Made by a program: the position numbers and the translations under genes
Source: Enoplolaimus lenunculus
Lineage: Eukaryota
DNA: 64,000 bases
Assembly (NCBI GenBank): GCA_030248215.1
Contig: JASANG010001737.1
Location: 310,001-374,000, forward strand
Direction: 5' to 3'
In this document: positions 13,027 through 26,938 of the stretch, in pieces
Layout: every line of letters begins with the position of its first letter
How positions within the stretch are numbered: the stretch's first letter is position 1
The notes under the pieces: generated by a model
What the model was told of the DNA's origin: nothing
Database searches by the model: none
Seen by the model: the letters and a program-made list of their open reading frames with translations, nothing else

Positions 13027-16000
13027 ATGAGCTTTCCACCAGTTGCATCGTTTGCTAATTTCAATCAACGAAAGTTGACCAACTTGCACTGCTCAACAGA
13101 TTTTGCAAGCGATAGCAATCACAACAACAGCAGCAGCAACAACGACAACAACAACAGCAACGACAACAACAACAGCAGCAGCAGCAAAAACACAAGTTGT
13201 ACTGCACTTGCGTTCGATGCATGCTCGGACGGATCATGTACGGGTTATGAAGTGAACAGTGGCCAATCGGATTATTCTACAGGTATACACATGCACTGTC
13301 TTAACCCCTTCTCACATTGAGTGTCACTTGAGTTCGAATCCTAGCATAAAAGTATGTCTCAGAAGAAATAGAAAATATTCATGTGAGAAAGAATTAGGGA
13401 AAAAATTTTCAGTTTACTATCTATAACCCCTTCTCATATTGAGTTGCCTATAAGCAACTCAGCGCAGTGTATATACGTTAAATAATATATATCGCACTGT
13501 GTTTAACAATTGCAACACGTATACATAGCACTAAATCACCACAAAACGTGAGAGCACCCTCGGGCTGGAGCGTCAAGCTCCTATAGCTGCGTGGTGATGG
13601 TATACGCCTCCCACTCCAGTCACTGGAGTTCGAATCCTAGCATAAAAGTATGTGTCAGGGGAAGTAGAAAATATTCATGTGAGAAAGGGTTAATGTTCAA
13701 AATATTTCCGGTTTCAAGGCTGCTGCAAGTTGTAGCTGTCATTATTCGCTGTAAAAATTTGCATATGTGAATAGGGCTTAAGGTTGCGCTATGCTTTTTA
13801 GACGTGCGGCGCCGTCCGTCAGCGTGCGGTATCGTACGCAAATAACTCATGTACGATAATGTATGGTGACGGACGGCGCCGTACAGGTGACGGACGGTGA
13901 TGGACGGCACCGGACGTCAAGCATAGCGCAACCCTTAAAGTTATTCAAGCACCACTTACGTATGTCTGTATATATATAGATATGTTCGAATTCGTGCTTT
14001 TACGCTATTCATGTGTCTATAACCAGCAGGAATGATAACAGTTAGAAACAAAAATGTAGGCTGGGCAGCCATAAAGCGCAACACCCACCCATGCTTCACT
14101 AAGATAGCAGTTATATGAACGAAAAAATAGCGTTTTTAGCAAATTGTATGTTTATTTCATATCTTTAGGTATATATGCTTTATTCGATACAATTTGAAAT
14201 TGAATCAGCACGCGGCTGACCATAGAAATTTGATAGACGATAGAAATTTTAGGTAATTAGACTGCCGGAAAAGTTTCAGCTTTTACCTTTGAGGTAAAAA
14301 ATTTTAAAATTGATCAAAATTCAGCTTGGTTGTTGTCGCATTTTTCGGATACGTATGGCGACCTGGTAAAATGCGGAACCCAAAAATCCGCCCAGTTCCA
14401 TGAGGCCCACGCCACACTTTCATCTTCAGGTAAACGTGTTCTTTGTCGACTTGCAAAATTTAAAATTGTGTGCCAACTGAGAAAAAATTTTAACCGTTTC
14501 TTTTGTATCTTCATATGATCTAAATATACGTTTCAATTGAACTATAGTTTACACCACCCCTTCAAATCCTGCCACTGACAACGTGCCTTATCTACCGTAC
14601 CAATTCAGTCATCATTACGACCCTAACGCTCGAATTTCCACTACTTTTTTAACAACCGAATGCCAATACTTTCCCACAATTGCTCCGACAGATCTTAATA
14701 TGGGTCCTCCAACAGAAATATCAGCTGCCACTGCGGAATCGCCTCAGTTGCCTGAACTGCTGCCTGAATACACAGGACAGCATCAAGCCCAAACTGACCA
14801 CGTAAATAATAATCCTCAATCAGTTACATCGCTGTTTAATGTTGCTTCGAATACGATTAGTCTGGTGCCAGACGCTAGTCATGATCCCATTTGTCAGCTG
14901 ACTGAAAGTCAATCGCTCATTGGTCAGTCGAGCACAACGGCAAAGGTCATGGGTCACTCGAATTCAACCCAAACGCTCATTGGTCAGTTAAACGCAGTGG
15001 AAACGCTTATTGGTCATTCAAAGTCAGCTCAAAATGTTACTAACCGACGGAAGAATAACAGATTCAGTGACAAAAACGCACCGCAATCAGAAAGAGCGAA
15101 TGAGAACTCGCTAAATCGAGAAATCAGCCATGATCGAGAAACAGATGAAAGCGACGAAATCAACACACAATCGTCAGGTGAGCTGACTTGAGTAAAATAT
15201 ATACAACGTAAATATATTAGCGAAATTCTGTTACAACAAGCAAGATCGTTATCTCATCGTAGATTTGGGACTGTTAGGATTGCGCTATACTCGTTGCGTG
15301 CCGTCGGACGCCGCTGCGCGCTGCCGCACACCGCCGAACGCCGCCGCACACCGCCGAACGCCGCCGCGCGCTGCCGCACACCGCCGAACGCCGCTGCGCG
15401 CTGCCGCACACCGCCGAACGCCGCCGCGCGCTGCCGCACACCGCCGAACGCCGCCGCGCGCTGCCGCACACCGCCGAACGCCGCCGCGCGCTGCCGCACA
15501 CCGCCGAACGCCGCCGCGCGCTGCAATAAAATTTATTTATTAAAAATTGTGGAACGCTACCAAATTCATTTTTCCAATATTTTTGTTCGCAACGCATAGC
15601 AGCGGGGTCGGCGTCCAGCACTGCCAAGTATAGCACAATGCTAATTATACTAAAATGGATTTGTTTAGCAACGGCATTGATTCTTTAATCTTGCGCATCA
15701 TAAACATTTTATTAAATTCTTCTATGTTTCATTTTATTCCTAATGGTCTACTCCATATTTCTTACAAACGTCTATACATTTAAGCACGTATATATGCAAG
15801 GAATACCTAGTTTTTAGTGATCCAAAGTGTGGCTTGCGAAAAAAATGAACCGGAAGTTGAAGAAGCTGCGAACACCAAAGGAACCGACACTGACAAACGA
15901 GACGGAACCGGAAAACGACAACGTTCCGACAAACCGCCGTACTCATACATTGCGCTGATTGCAATGGCGATACAACGTCAAACCAATAAACGTGCAACAC

Positions 16001-19000
16001 TTACTGATATTTATTCGTTTCTTCAAGGACGATTTGAATTTTTTCGTGGAGGTAAACATTACTTTCAGTAGTGTCCCACAACAGTGTTTACACAATGCAC
16101 TGTGTATAATTTGCACTCCTTGGCAAGAAACGTGCAAGAAATGTATGTTTTTATGGATCCATACCTGAATTATGCAGTCCCTATTTTCTGATAAATGTAT
16201 CAGCCCGTAGCCAGCTCACCTTGCTAGGGGGCTAAAACTTTTTGCAGGAGCGGCGTTCAAGGGTTTTCAATGACTTACAAAGAACGTTGAAAATTTTCTA
16301 CGGGGCCAAAATTTTTCCAGGGGAAACTGACCATCCCTGGCCCTCCTTGGCTATGGGCCGGAAAATTTTTAAAGTATTTTCAGCAAAAGCGTATATGTGT
16401 GATATTTCACTCTAAGAAATTTCTCAAAATACCAAAAACCAAAATACTCACAGGCTTTAGGATATTAAATAATAACTGCTGGGTGTAGAATCTTAAAGTT
16501 AAGTTCTTCCCCCAACATATTTAATGTACTCCTACTGATTCGATATATCAGGGCTTCTGACGGTTTGTGAATGGTTAGAATTACACTCAATTTCTACGAC
16601 TGCAACCAAAGATCTAGTGAGTTAGGTTTCCTGAGCGGACGAGGCCTACGTAGGGGGTAGGAAGTGCTAGCCGTGTCAATGGGCATAACTTATACTAAAC
16701 TACATTCTCAAAAAAAAATATTGTGAAAAAACAACCCTCCCCCCCCCCCCCCTCCTTTCTTTAAAATTTTTTTTTTTTTCTTTCTGAGAAGGGGGAAACC
16801 CAAAAACACATTTCCTTTAAGGAGATACATACCCACATATCGGCCCCCAACCATATTTTTTTTCCTTTTTTTTTTACACTAAAACACTAAAACATTATTT
16901 ATACCCCAAAAATCCAAAGTATTTTTTCTCCCCCCCCCAACAATCAGATTTATATCTCTCCCCCCCCCCCCTACTACCCCCCCCCCCATATACCACTCTT
17001 TTTTTTTTCTCCAACACTAAAAACATCCCATCCCTCATAACCTCTCTCAACTTCCTCCACACCCCCCCCACCGCGACACCAGCATCCCACCCACCAAAAA
17101 TACACAATAAACCCCACTCCCCCAAACTTCTATACAAAACCCTCCCCCCCCAACAAAACCCCAACGCAACCTCCAAAACCAAACCCCAAATACACAACCC
17201 CCCCCCAACCACAACACCAACACCACACCAAACAAATCTCCCCTCCAAACAAAACCAAACTTAAAAAAACCTTCCCAATATAACCCTCACACCACTCAAT
17301 TTAAAAAAAAAAAAATAAACCTAATTCTCAACGAAACTTCAGTACCCAAAATATATCACTAACAAAAACCGGTAAAAAAAAAAACCACCCCTTTTTTTAT
17401 GCGTCATCCATTTTAATGTGTGCCCGCCGTGTGGAAAATTGACGCAACCATTTCCAAGTACGGTTTTGAAAAACGCTTCAAAAAGGAAATGGAATTTCAA
17501 AACTGTTTCAATTTCCCACAGCTATCGATTTTTCAAACTCAAGTAGTTAATTGATAGCATTATTTGATCTTCAATTTACCACTAGCGCTTTTTTAAACAA
17601 GGGCAATGGGAAATTGCGCCATTTTCCAAATTCAATTTCCGCTTTGCCTTGACACTTCAATTACCAAAGTGGAAATTGAAAGAGAAGCATAACGTTTAGC
17701 AATTAAATGATATTGTCCCTCTTATCGAAAATTGAATTTACAGTTTACAACTTCACTTGTGATATTGTCCCCAAAAAGGATGAAATTTTACAACTCAAAG
17801 TTCAAATAGAAGGTTAGGATGAGAGTTTCTAGAAATGATGTTTGATGGGCCACCCAAGTCGCAAGGTTGAAGTTGTGCGATTGAAATTTTGAATATCTTG
17901 ACGTTAGTGGTCATTCGACGCTTGGGGTCAAGTTTCTTGTGCTACCAGTTTTACTGAGGTTGGGTTTAAAATTGGAACAGCAATTTTTTTGCGCGCACTG
18001 GAGTTACTTTTTATGGAGTACGACGGTATATTGATTCAAGGATTGGTGATTACAATTGGTATCCCCCGCAAACTGAAACCGCATATAGTCACGTTGAACT
18101 TACTATGTCCGAACGTGTCTACGATCTAATTAAGAATATAGACGAAACGAGCGAAGATTTATGAGTGTTAATAGTTTTGCATAATTTAGCAAAAATTATC
18201 TGTTTAGTTCGTTTCGATTGACTTCTGTCACTTTTCAAAAAATCAACATAAAACCAAACCACTTAACAACATATTGCAGATATTGGCTAAAATTAACTAA
18301 TTAGCCATCATTTTTACTACCTAATTTCACCCCACCTGCGGCTCCGGCTCCGGTATTTTTCACCTCCGGTTGCACCCTACTACGTAAATGTATACCAGAC
18401 AGACTTCACAGGCGTTTACAGAACTAAGAACCATGATCGAGAATTGTGCTCAATTACTTCAGACATCACGCCCCCTAAACGTCAGCCACTTTTTCCTATA
18501 CTTAGTGCTTCTTAGGCTAAGATTTAGACTTAGGGCTACGGTTACCGCCCCTGGATTGTTTTTTCCGGAAAAAAATTATGACCGGAAAAAATGAAAAAAA
18601 CACATTCCTTGTCTGAGTGATCGGTTATCCCACCCTTAGCCGGCGTTTGCCCAAAAATGCTAGCATTTTGAAGCTTTTTGCATATTTGAGCTTCTGTTTT
18701 GGCGTGGAATAATAGGAGGCCATTAGAGGTCGAAGCTAGAAAAAGTTTTGCATCAGCTTTTTTGGCCGGCCCCACTGTGGACGAAACCTGGTGAGCGAAC
18801 CGAAACAGATGTATATGTAGTTTTGCATTAAATCTCGTGGCAAAGCTTCAATTCTGAAGTCCATTTACAAATGCTGCAATTTTCGCTCTTTTCGGACGTA
18901 TAATGTGTCCTGGTGAACATATACACACGGTCACTACAATCCTGTACAGCCCTGTTCTATACATTGGCCAAAATTATAGACAGCATTAAAAGAATTGCGT

Positions 19001-20945
19001 GTTTGTAACAAATATTCCTATCTGGTGCATAAATCTTTCTTTCACTTCCGACGTCGAAAACGCCTGCCGTCATAGTTGAAAGCGAATTATTGCACCGATT
19101 AGTTCAAAGGTCATGTACCTACCGCAGTGTTTCCGCTTTTATGATTTTTTCAATTTCCCACTGCCCTGCTGATTTTCAACTACCGTGAGGGAAATTGAAA
19201 CTGAAATTTGGGTGCCCATTTCCCACTGCAGTTTTGGTGACTTTTCAATTTCCTTTTTGACAGCAAATTTAGCTTATCAATTTCCTATTTAAGTTTTAAA
19301 AATGTCTCAATTTCCTACTGCTGTCCTATTTAAATTCCCTATTGGGAAATCGACACTCAAAATATCATTTCGATTTACTAGTACGGTTTGCAAATTGTCT
19401 CAATTTCCCACTAGACCAATTTTTTCAAATTAAATTTCCTTCTTGAAGCGTTTTTCAAAACCGTACTTGGAAATGGTTGCGTCAATTTTCCACACGGCGG
19501 GCACACGATAAAATGGATGACGCATTACACTAGCTATATCACCGATAATTATAAATCAACTGAAGAAATATTTCCTAAACGCAATTGTCAATATCCTACA
19601 ATTTCCACAATTCCACAAACGACACCAACTAATTTGAATTACGCACCCACGTGGCACATTACCGACCGTTCAACCCCTGGTTACACTTACCCCCAATCAA
19701 ATTACCCGAGCTACTCATATTCATGCTCAATCCCAACTAACCATTATTCTACAGAATTACACCCTGCTCAATATTCAACAATTTCTGAGTATCCGTTGTC
19801 GCAATACCCTCAAGATATACCATGCTCATCATTAGTGCCTTATTCAGCTTGTGATCCTTTCAGCTCAACCGCTCCATTAGCCTATGCAAATGAATTAACG
19901 CCAACGTATTCTGATACCACCCAGGGGAATGTTTCATTCGGGGGTCAGTATTTCCATCCCCAGTTTGATTACCGGTTTGGAAACCAGCATTTGATGCATG
20001 ATTACGGATATCAGACTTGTCAAAGTTCAGAGGTAATTCTTTGAGAAAATTGGTTTGAAAGATCGCTGCATATTTGTTGTTGTACAACTTTCGTATATTT
20101 CAATAATAGCTTTAGTTTACTGAAACAAAGCTATTATAATAATTTGCATATCTCCTTTCGATTATATTTCAAAACATCTTAATAAAAGTTGGAACATTAC
20201 CCAAATTACAGTATGTGGAGCCTTCCAGTTTTAATAATACAAATATATACATGGTAAAATTGCTTATTTTGAAACTCTGCTACGTGAATCACTGCATTTC
20301 ACTTCAATGTATACCGGCCAGGCAACGTGCGTATCGACATATGGCAGACGATAAAACCATTTTCGAAGGCGGGTGCCGCAGGTTTCCAAAAATGATAAAA
20401 GCCAAAATTTTGTATTAAGATTTAGTGCTAAAATTGCGTTATGTAAAAGAATTTCAAAAATATAAATTACACAACATCGAATTTAGATATTGTGTTTGGC
20501 GCTGAATTTCACTTGTAAATATTTTAATCTGACTCAATTTAGAACAGTTTATTAATACTCAAACTCTAGCGTTTTTGAAACTTTTAAAAACTTCTGTCTG
20601 AAAAAATTAAACTAAAATTAACGTTTATTTCAGGCTGCTTCCTTCACAGCAACACCTTCTGATGTAACGTCGAATACAACACCAAGTTCCACTACTTCAA
20701 ACCTACCCGCTGCATTTTTGGACTCCTACCCTCACCAAGCACCGTCATGTGAACCCGAGCCCATTCGATACTCACTGATTCCGTTACCCGAGATTGCACC
20801 TCAAGCAACCCACGCCACCGACTCGAGCTCCACACTATTTAACTCAACTGAACGAGTTGCGATTCAACCACAAGTATTAAATAGTAATTCAAATTGGTCA
20901 AATTTAAATTACGATCATTCGACTTATGAATCTTGGCAGTTGTAG
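13027..20945 (+). CDS. FoxF: Forkhead box transcription factor, FoxF class (let-381/biniou-like); C-terminal half of the forkhead domain not readable in this sequence
   Basis: Exons 13027-13282, 14548-15177 and 15818-16051 join in frame through phase-1 GT-AG introns. Exon 3 encodes [46 protein letters not shown], matching FoxF-type [40 protein letters not shown]. Downstream P/S/T/Y-rich exons ~19534-20032 and 20634-20945 join at phase 0 (GAG|gtaatt...tttcag|GCT). The expected YQGWKNSVRHNLSLN exon is absent or garbled. Confidence 0.8.
13305..13689. mobile_element. piggyBac-like MITE (TTAA flanks, CCC ends) carrying a tRNA-like module; internally duplicated
   Basis: ttaa|ccccttctcacat ... atgtgagaaaggg|ttaa. 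A short copy (13305-13395) precedes a full copy (~13427-13689). Confidence 0.8.
13577..13650 (+). pseudogene. tRNA-derived segment (Gly-CCC-like) within the MITE
   Basis: A-box-like TAGCTGCGTGG, anticodon-loop-like CGCCTCCCAC and B-box-like GAGTTCGAATCC at tRNA spacing. The acceptor and anticodon stems are imperfect. Confidence 0.6.
13781..13934. mobile_element. GGTTGCGCTAT-family MITE
   Basis: aggttgcgctatgctt ... aagcatagcgcaaccc, flanked by TTA on both sides. Confidence 0.85.
15277..15641. mobile_element. GGTTGCGCTAT-family element containing a 30-bp GC-rich minisatellite
   Basis: Ends ggattgcgctatact / agtatagcacaatgc; about 7 copies of ccgccgaacgccgccgcgcgctgccgcaca at ~15310-15523. 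Confidence 0.7.
17400..19524. mobile_element. 2.1-kb non-autonomous DNA transposon, PIF/Harbinger-like by TSD, inside the FoxF gene
   Basis: Near-perfect ~90-100 bp TIRs (TGCGTCATCCATTTT...CGCCGTGTGGAAAATTGACGCAACC...) at 17400-17497 and 19427-19524. TTA lies on both sides (17397-17399, 19525-19527). Subterminal CAATTTCCCA/GGAAATTG motifs are present; there is no transposase ORF. Confidence 0.85.
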
Positions 20946-22758
20946 TCTCAGATGGGGCATTTGAAAGGTTTCGAACAGCAAAAAATACGCGGCTGTAGAA
21001 ATTCAGAGGTTGAACCCACATGACAAAGGGTTCAGTAATTTATGAAGGCTGTAAGCAACACTTTGTCTTTCAACAGGTCGTCGATAGACAACTTGTAATG
21101 CGGAATGACGTCGACTCGACAAGTTATCGCCCGTCAGACTTAAGCATAGGCTTACGATTATGCTTAACGATGATTTGGCGTAGATTCATTTTGAAGGTAA
21201 AGAATAGAAAACATAACATTACGCGACAAGTGTACATTTTTCGCTCAAATTGTGAACCCGAAGTAATTCTAGAGAAAAATGTTTTCGGTATTTTAAAAGC
21301 CACAGAAACAGGACAATGTCCGGCAACTGTACTTTTGGTGCGCTGAGAAGTGATGACAGTAGCCAAAAATATGAAGTAGACGTCTCTATTTCTAATTTCA
21401 ATTGCGGACTAGAAAAAGGAGGGTTAATATCACGGTTACTTCAAACTGAACAAAATTTTTGTCATTTTCACCGTGTTTCAGTAGTAAAAATATGTCGAAT
21501 TCAATGGTAAGCAAAAGCGTCGCCAGGATTGGCGCTCATGTGGATATAAGGTCAAGTCAAATTGTTCACCTCTAGGAGCCTGACACTGTCCGAAGAGTTA
21601 ACCATTTTAAAAGTCGGTTTCTGTTTCACCGACATTTCGGTTCAGGATATACAGTCTGTATTTCCACTCTTGGGTTGTATTATCAAATCGGAGAGATTGA
21701 GGAAGTCATTTTTACCGTAAAAACTGACTGTAGGAGTCACTGTTTATGGAAGCACACAATTTTTCAATGGGTGTCCGCATTTTTTAATGTGGCACCCTGC
21801 CTGCAATCTACAATTGACAATACATGTCCAGCATAGCCTCTTAACGTTTTTTCTGTTGTACAGTGCCACGTATCGTAATACCATGCCGTATATACCGTGT
21901 GAATGCTTCTGAAACACTATGCTTGTATCCAGCTAAAAACAGCCGGGAAGAGGCAATAAACTTCAAGAGGAAAATGTGGGAATTTCACATGACTTGCAAG
22001 CAGGGTTTAATACAAAAACTTTCGTTTGGAAGCCACAAACTTTCTAAAGGTGCAGGAGACTTGCCGCCGCGTTCTACGAAACTATTAACAATCCTGGATC
22101 CATTCATTACCAAGATGTAGCAGAGAGAATTGATAAGTACAGCAACGAGATTTTTTTAAAAAATATAGAATTTCTAACATAGACAAATTATTTTTGTGCA
22201 GTTTTTGTTTATACTTTTAGAAACGAGCTTGTCTCGCATTTCCTTCTATATTTTATATGGATAGCTGGTATACGTAGTTAAGTTTGAACTCAAGTTTTAG
22301 TTCAGCGGCTGCTACTCCCCGTAGCCCCCCCTCACAACTTCAAAGGGATCCTAACTAAAATGGCGGCTACAGCATCCAAGGTGGCCGCACTAAATGGCTC
22401 TTATATTGGAGAGCTAAAAATTCAAAGTATTCAACAGAATTTTACTGTTTTAATATCTGTCAGTTTTAGTGTGGTAGTTCGGACTCGGCAAATCCAATCA
22501 ATCCTGCTTAGAATCCATTAAATTTGCGGGGTTACAGGAGACGGCAGCCCCCCACCCGGAGACATCAGTGAAGGAAAATTTTTAGTCGGGGGAAATGGGC
22601 ATATAAGAACGACAAGTGGTAAGCCTATTTGTAAGCCTGAGAGCAGAAACTTTTCAAGAGCCAATTTTTAATCACATATTTCTCTGTTGTACATGCGCAT
22701 GACTGTTTTGAAAGTAAATTTTATCTGTTTTTTACGCCGTTAAACATAAAATGTAGAC

Positions 22759-22914
22759 AAGGCCCGTAGCCAGCTCACCTTGCTGGAAGAGCTAAAATTT
22801 TTTTTGGAGAGGTATTGAAGGATTAGTCCCAAGCAAGGTTGAAAATTTTCTAGGGGGGGCAATAGTTTTGCAGGGAAGCTGGGCGCCCCTTGCCACCCTT
22901 TGGCTACGGGACCG
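22759..22914. mobile_element. hAT-like MITE (CAGGCCCGTAGCC ends, 8-bp TSD)
   Basis: Perfect TSD atgtagac on both sides. Other copies: 33320-33475 (ttacactc/ttacagtc), 39826-39986 (cgtccgct/catccgct), ~16200-16361, ~25494-25649, ~26388-26546 and ~29460-29612. Confidence 0.85.
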
Positions 22915-23377
22915 ATGTAGACAATAAAGTGCGCAAGGGTGGAAGTGTACAAGATCAGAGATCGCAAAAACTCGTCTAACTCGTTTTACAATTAGTACTT
23001 CTTCAGTATCCAGGATACTGAAGCCAAAAACTTCAGTCCATGACACTCGATCCGCGCACAAATTCACCGGTCTTTCAAAAATTTAAAAGAAAAATTAGAT
23101 GAATTCCGTCATTTTTATTTCATTTCGCACAACTGCAGCATGTCTGTAACAATACATTGCGACATATATACGTGACTTATAACTAAATTTACATATATAC
23201 GTGATTTATAACTAAATTTGAACGTAAAAATAACAATTTCCGTTATATTTCTATAACGGAAACGAAAGCGAAAACGAACACCAGTAGTTACTGACAACGG
23301 AGACGGCACCGGATATTTAGATACACCCTGCAAATCTGCGAATCTGCATACAAAAATTACCAAACTTTCGTTTTCAT

Positions 23378-25198
23378 TTATACATTAACTTTGCCACAAA
23401 TAGCTTCCTTATTAGGTCCCTTATACTGCGCGCAAACTGCATGCGAAAACGCATATACGTAAGACAGCTTTCGCTGTTCGTTCAAAGTTACCCACGGAAT
23501 AAACGTTAAAGGCGGATTCAAATCCTGGGTGGCAACACCATCTCTGGCGTGCAACGATAGCCCTTCAAGCCCACTAGAACAGTCCAGCACTTCAGTGTAA
23601 TTGAGACTGTAAGCTTCGACACATTGCCGGCTCTCGGTGTCGTTTACTTGTCGTCGCATTAAACATCCGATTAGTTGTGCCCAAGATTGATCATGCTGTT
23701 GTTTCGAAACCGTTGGTGGAGTTGCTAAGCGACGTGACGCACACAGCATAAACTGATTCATAAGGCATTCGGTTATACCGTGTTGACAACGGAATTCAAA
23801 GTCAATAGCGTCTGAAATTGATTTTGATGTACGCGACAATAGGTTGCGCTATATGGTTCCTGACACTTTTTGTATGCCGCAGGGCGTCGTCGGACGCCAT
23901 ACAGTAACGCACACGGATTGTCGCTTAGCACCGCAAAACAATTTGTGAACAAAACCTATTTTGAGTTGCAACACCGTATAGTTCGTTATATTTTTTATGA
24001 GTACAAAACAATTCATGATTGCAATATGTAAGGTGAACGGACAAACTTTGAAATAAAAAATATTAATAGTAAAAGGTCACTTTTTTGCAAGTTTGGAACT
24101 TCGTTGGCAGCCAAAGCTCACTAGTGAGATCTGCATCGATTAATGTTTCTGCCAGCAAACGCGGGATGCCGATATCCGGATATCAAAAACATCCGGGTAT
24201 GTATCGGAAATGAAATATGTATCCAACATAGTTTGAGGTAAAGGTAACATTCGATACAATCTTTGTCGCAGTGGTTTAAATTAGACGGGTACAAGCCAAT
24301 TCAACTCAATTTCAGGTGGCCAACGCAAGCATTTATTAGTCAGTAGCAATCTCTTAAACCGGATACCCAGCACTATTGAAGCAGTGGAATAATAAAGATT
24401 TCTAGAATCGTATATTTTACGCTCATAATAATCAGCTTCGCAATGAGTATATTTCCCTTAGAGCAACAATTTAAAACAAGTGTTTAAGAAACAAAAATTA
24501 AGGTTCGAAAACCCAAAAAACGCAAAAATGTAGTTTCGAATATCCGAAATATAAAATTTAATTTCGTATATTCGGTTATCCGGATATATCCGGATAAATA
24601 TCCCGTAAAAATTGCCGGTTATGCGGATATGAAAAAATATCTAAAACCCATCACTAAAACGGGAACAATAAGGCTATCACTAGGCTGCGTCTCCCGGTCA
24701 TCGAAATCATTCGGATATGCTGGTGTGCTCATGCCAGTGGCGAACGAGCTCATGACAGTAGCGAATGCAGAATTCCCAACGGGAGAGGTCGTAAGCCAAA
24801 CGCAATTTTAGTACAAAACTATACTACAGACTTTTGGTTTTGAACCTTGTATTGGACCTAGACCTGAAAGCATTCCTTAGATCTGACAGCGAGCTCAACT
24901 TACCGTCATGCTCAGTAACCGAGTACTGAGCTTTGCCAAATATAACCAGATTTAAGTCAATTGCTTGTACAACTGGGCTATTCATTGTTTGAACCAGTTG
25001 TTCACGTATAAATCGGGCTGTGTCAGGACATTGTGATTCCATGTACACTGCGACACGTACCCTTTGACTCACATTATCCCCTTGAGATGAAACATTGTTT
25101 GCCAATCTGTTCACAATGGAAATTTTCGATTCCGTAAGGGTATTTTTATTGAAATTACGAGAAATTAAAAGAACTAGCAATGTTTCAATTATAATCAT
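23378..25198 (-). CDS. IFI30: GILT-like (gamma-interferon-inducible lysosomal thiol reductase family) protein, copy 1
   Basis: Exon 1 is 25198-24904 (hydrophobic N-terminus, VAVYMESQCPDT, FGKA; donor G|gtaagt). Exon 2 is 23811-23378 (tttcag|), with the GILT signature CQHGITECLMNQFMLC (CQHGx2ECx2Nx4C) and FIPWVTLN. The phase-1 join is in frame. Confidence 0.9.
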
Positions 25199-26938
25199 TT
25201 TTGTTTTTTATGTCTGGAAACAAATTACGAACAAAACAGTATGCAGTTTGTTGTTATTTTGGTTCTTGCAAACTGTAAATACTTCCCAAAAGGTTAAAAC
25301 TTAAGCTTACGTTAAGCAAACCCTTATCTATAATCCAAGCCTAAGCTCAAGCCTAACCCGGTGATGAGAACAGCGTACAAACGCTACCATATTTTTATGA
25401 ATAGGTTCAAATTTAATTCGCTATACTTGATTTGAACAAAAAATTTTGGAAAATTTAGGGGCACTGACATATTCATAGCCAATATGAGCCAAGCCTTCCG
25501 TCGCTAGCTCACCTTGATAGAACGGCTGGAAATTTTTTAAGAGGCGCATACAAGGTTTTGCGATAAAGCAAGTTTGAAACTTGTTTAGAAGAACCACAAT
25601 TTACCCAGGAAGGCTGAAGTCCCACTGTCATCCTCTGGCTACAAACCTGACATCAGGATGTACCAGCTATAAGATTTCTGTTTTCAAAATCAGTTCTTTA
25701 CTCAGTTAAACACTATCTTCCAAGAAGAAATTCTATGTGTGAACCGTAATCGCCTAAAGGTGTTTTTAGGATTTAATGGTTCGATTTCTAAAATCTTTAC
25801 ACTTAAGTATTTACTTAAGCTATGCTTAAGTAATTACTTAAATTGATGTACTTAAGTAAATTCTTAACTTTTCGAGCAAACAGGTAAACGACAAATGTGA
25901 GCCATTGTCAGAACAAAAAACAACGTTTTGCTTTAACAAACCACTACGAGTATGCAATTTCAGTTGGACAAAGGTTTGCATACCTGAATGATCAACTTAA
26001 AATCTATTAGATTTAGTAAGCGGCTTAAGTATTTACATAAGTACGCTTTGAAAAACGACAAAATGGTTCAGTAATTACTTAGCAAGTACTAAAGTGGTAC
26101 TTAAGCAGGGTTCCAGAAACCCAGACAATATGTGGCAATAGTCTCAAAACTATTTATACAAATCTTGTACGTTAAACACAAGTAAGCAAAACATCTTTAT
26201 CTACGAAATACTGCCATTTTTAGTTTGGACCGCTTCGCATATGACTAACTTACGCGTTTTATACGGAAAAACAAAAGTAACACAGCAATCTTGGTGCGAT
26301 ACAGCCGTACTTATTGCCTGATTTATCTTACGCATAACAGATCCCATATTATATCAAATATTTACCACCTGCCAAAGATAAGATGGGTCGGACCCGTAAC
26401 CATAGGAAGGCCGCAGGAGCTCCGACCCCTGGAAAAATTTTGTCCCTCATACAAAATTCCCAATATTGCTTGTAAGTCACCGAAACTCCTTGTATTCCCT
26501 TGTTGAAAAGTGTCTAGCCCATCTTGTAAGGTAAGCCGGGCACGGGTATAAGATCAGGGTTCAAAGATAAATTTAGTTTTAGGAACATAACCGTAGATAA
26601 TTCACATTGAACTTTTTATGAAATATACCCACACGGGCATCCATCAATCTTAACGGTCGCGGAGTTAGCAGAATTTAAGTCATCACTTTATTTCTATTCG
26701 ATCTCAAACGTACCTGCCGAATTTGGACCTTAAGGACCGTTTATACCGACCTGGGACGTAAACCTTTGAATACTGATAGAGAATAAAACTAATAATCAAT
26801 GTACTATATTACTAATCGAAAATTTCCCATTAGATAACAGTTTATTCTTCAAAAACACCTAAAACGTCGTCAAGTTTCTTTTATTTTTGTTTATTTGCAA
26901 CAAATGTTAAAGCGTCCACGTTAAAATTTGTATACGGT

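Noticed and set aside
13577..13650. Functional tRNA-Gly gene
   Set aside because: Acceptor and anticodon stems do not pair well and there is no T-run terminator; kept only as a tRNA-derived module.
15254..15636. Overlapping repetitive ORFs ([10 protein letters not shown] etc.)
   Set aside because: These are translations of a stop-free 30-bp minisatellite inside a MITE within a FoxF intron.
16895..17248. Gly/Val-rich minus-strand ORFs
   Set aside because: They derive from the low-complexity C/A tract, which is probably poor-quality sequence.
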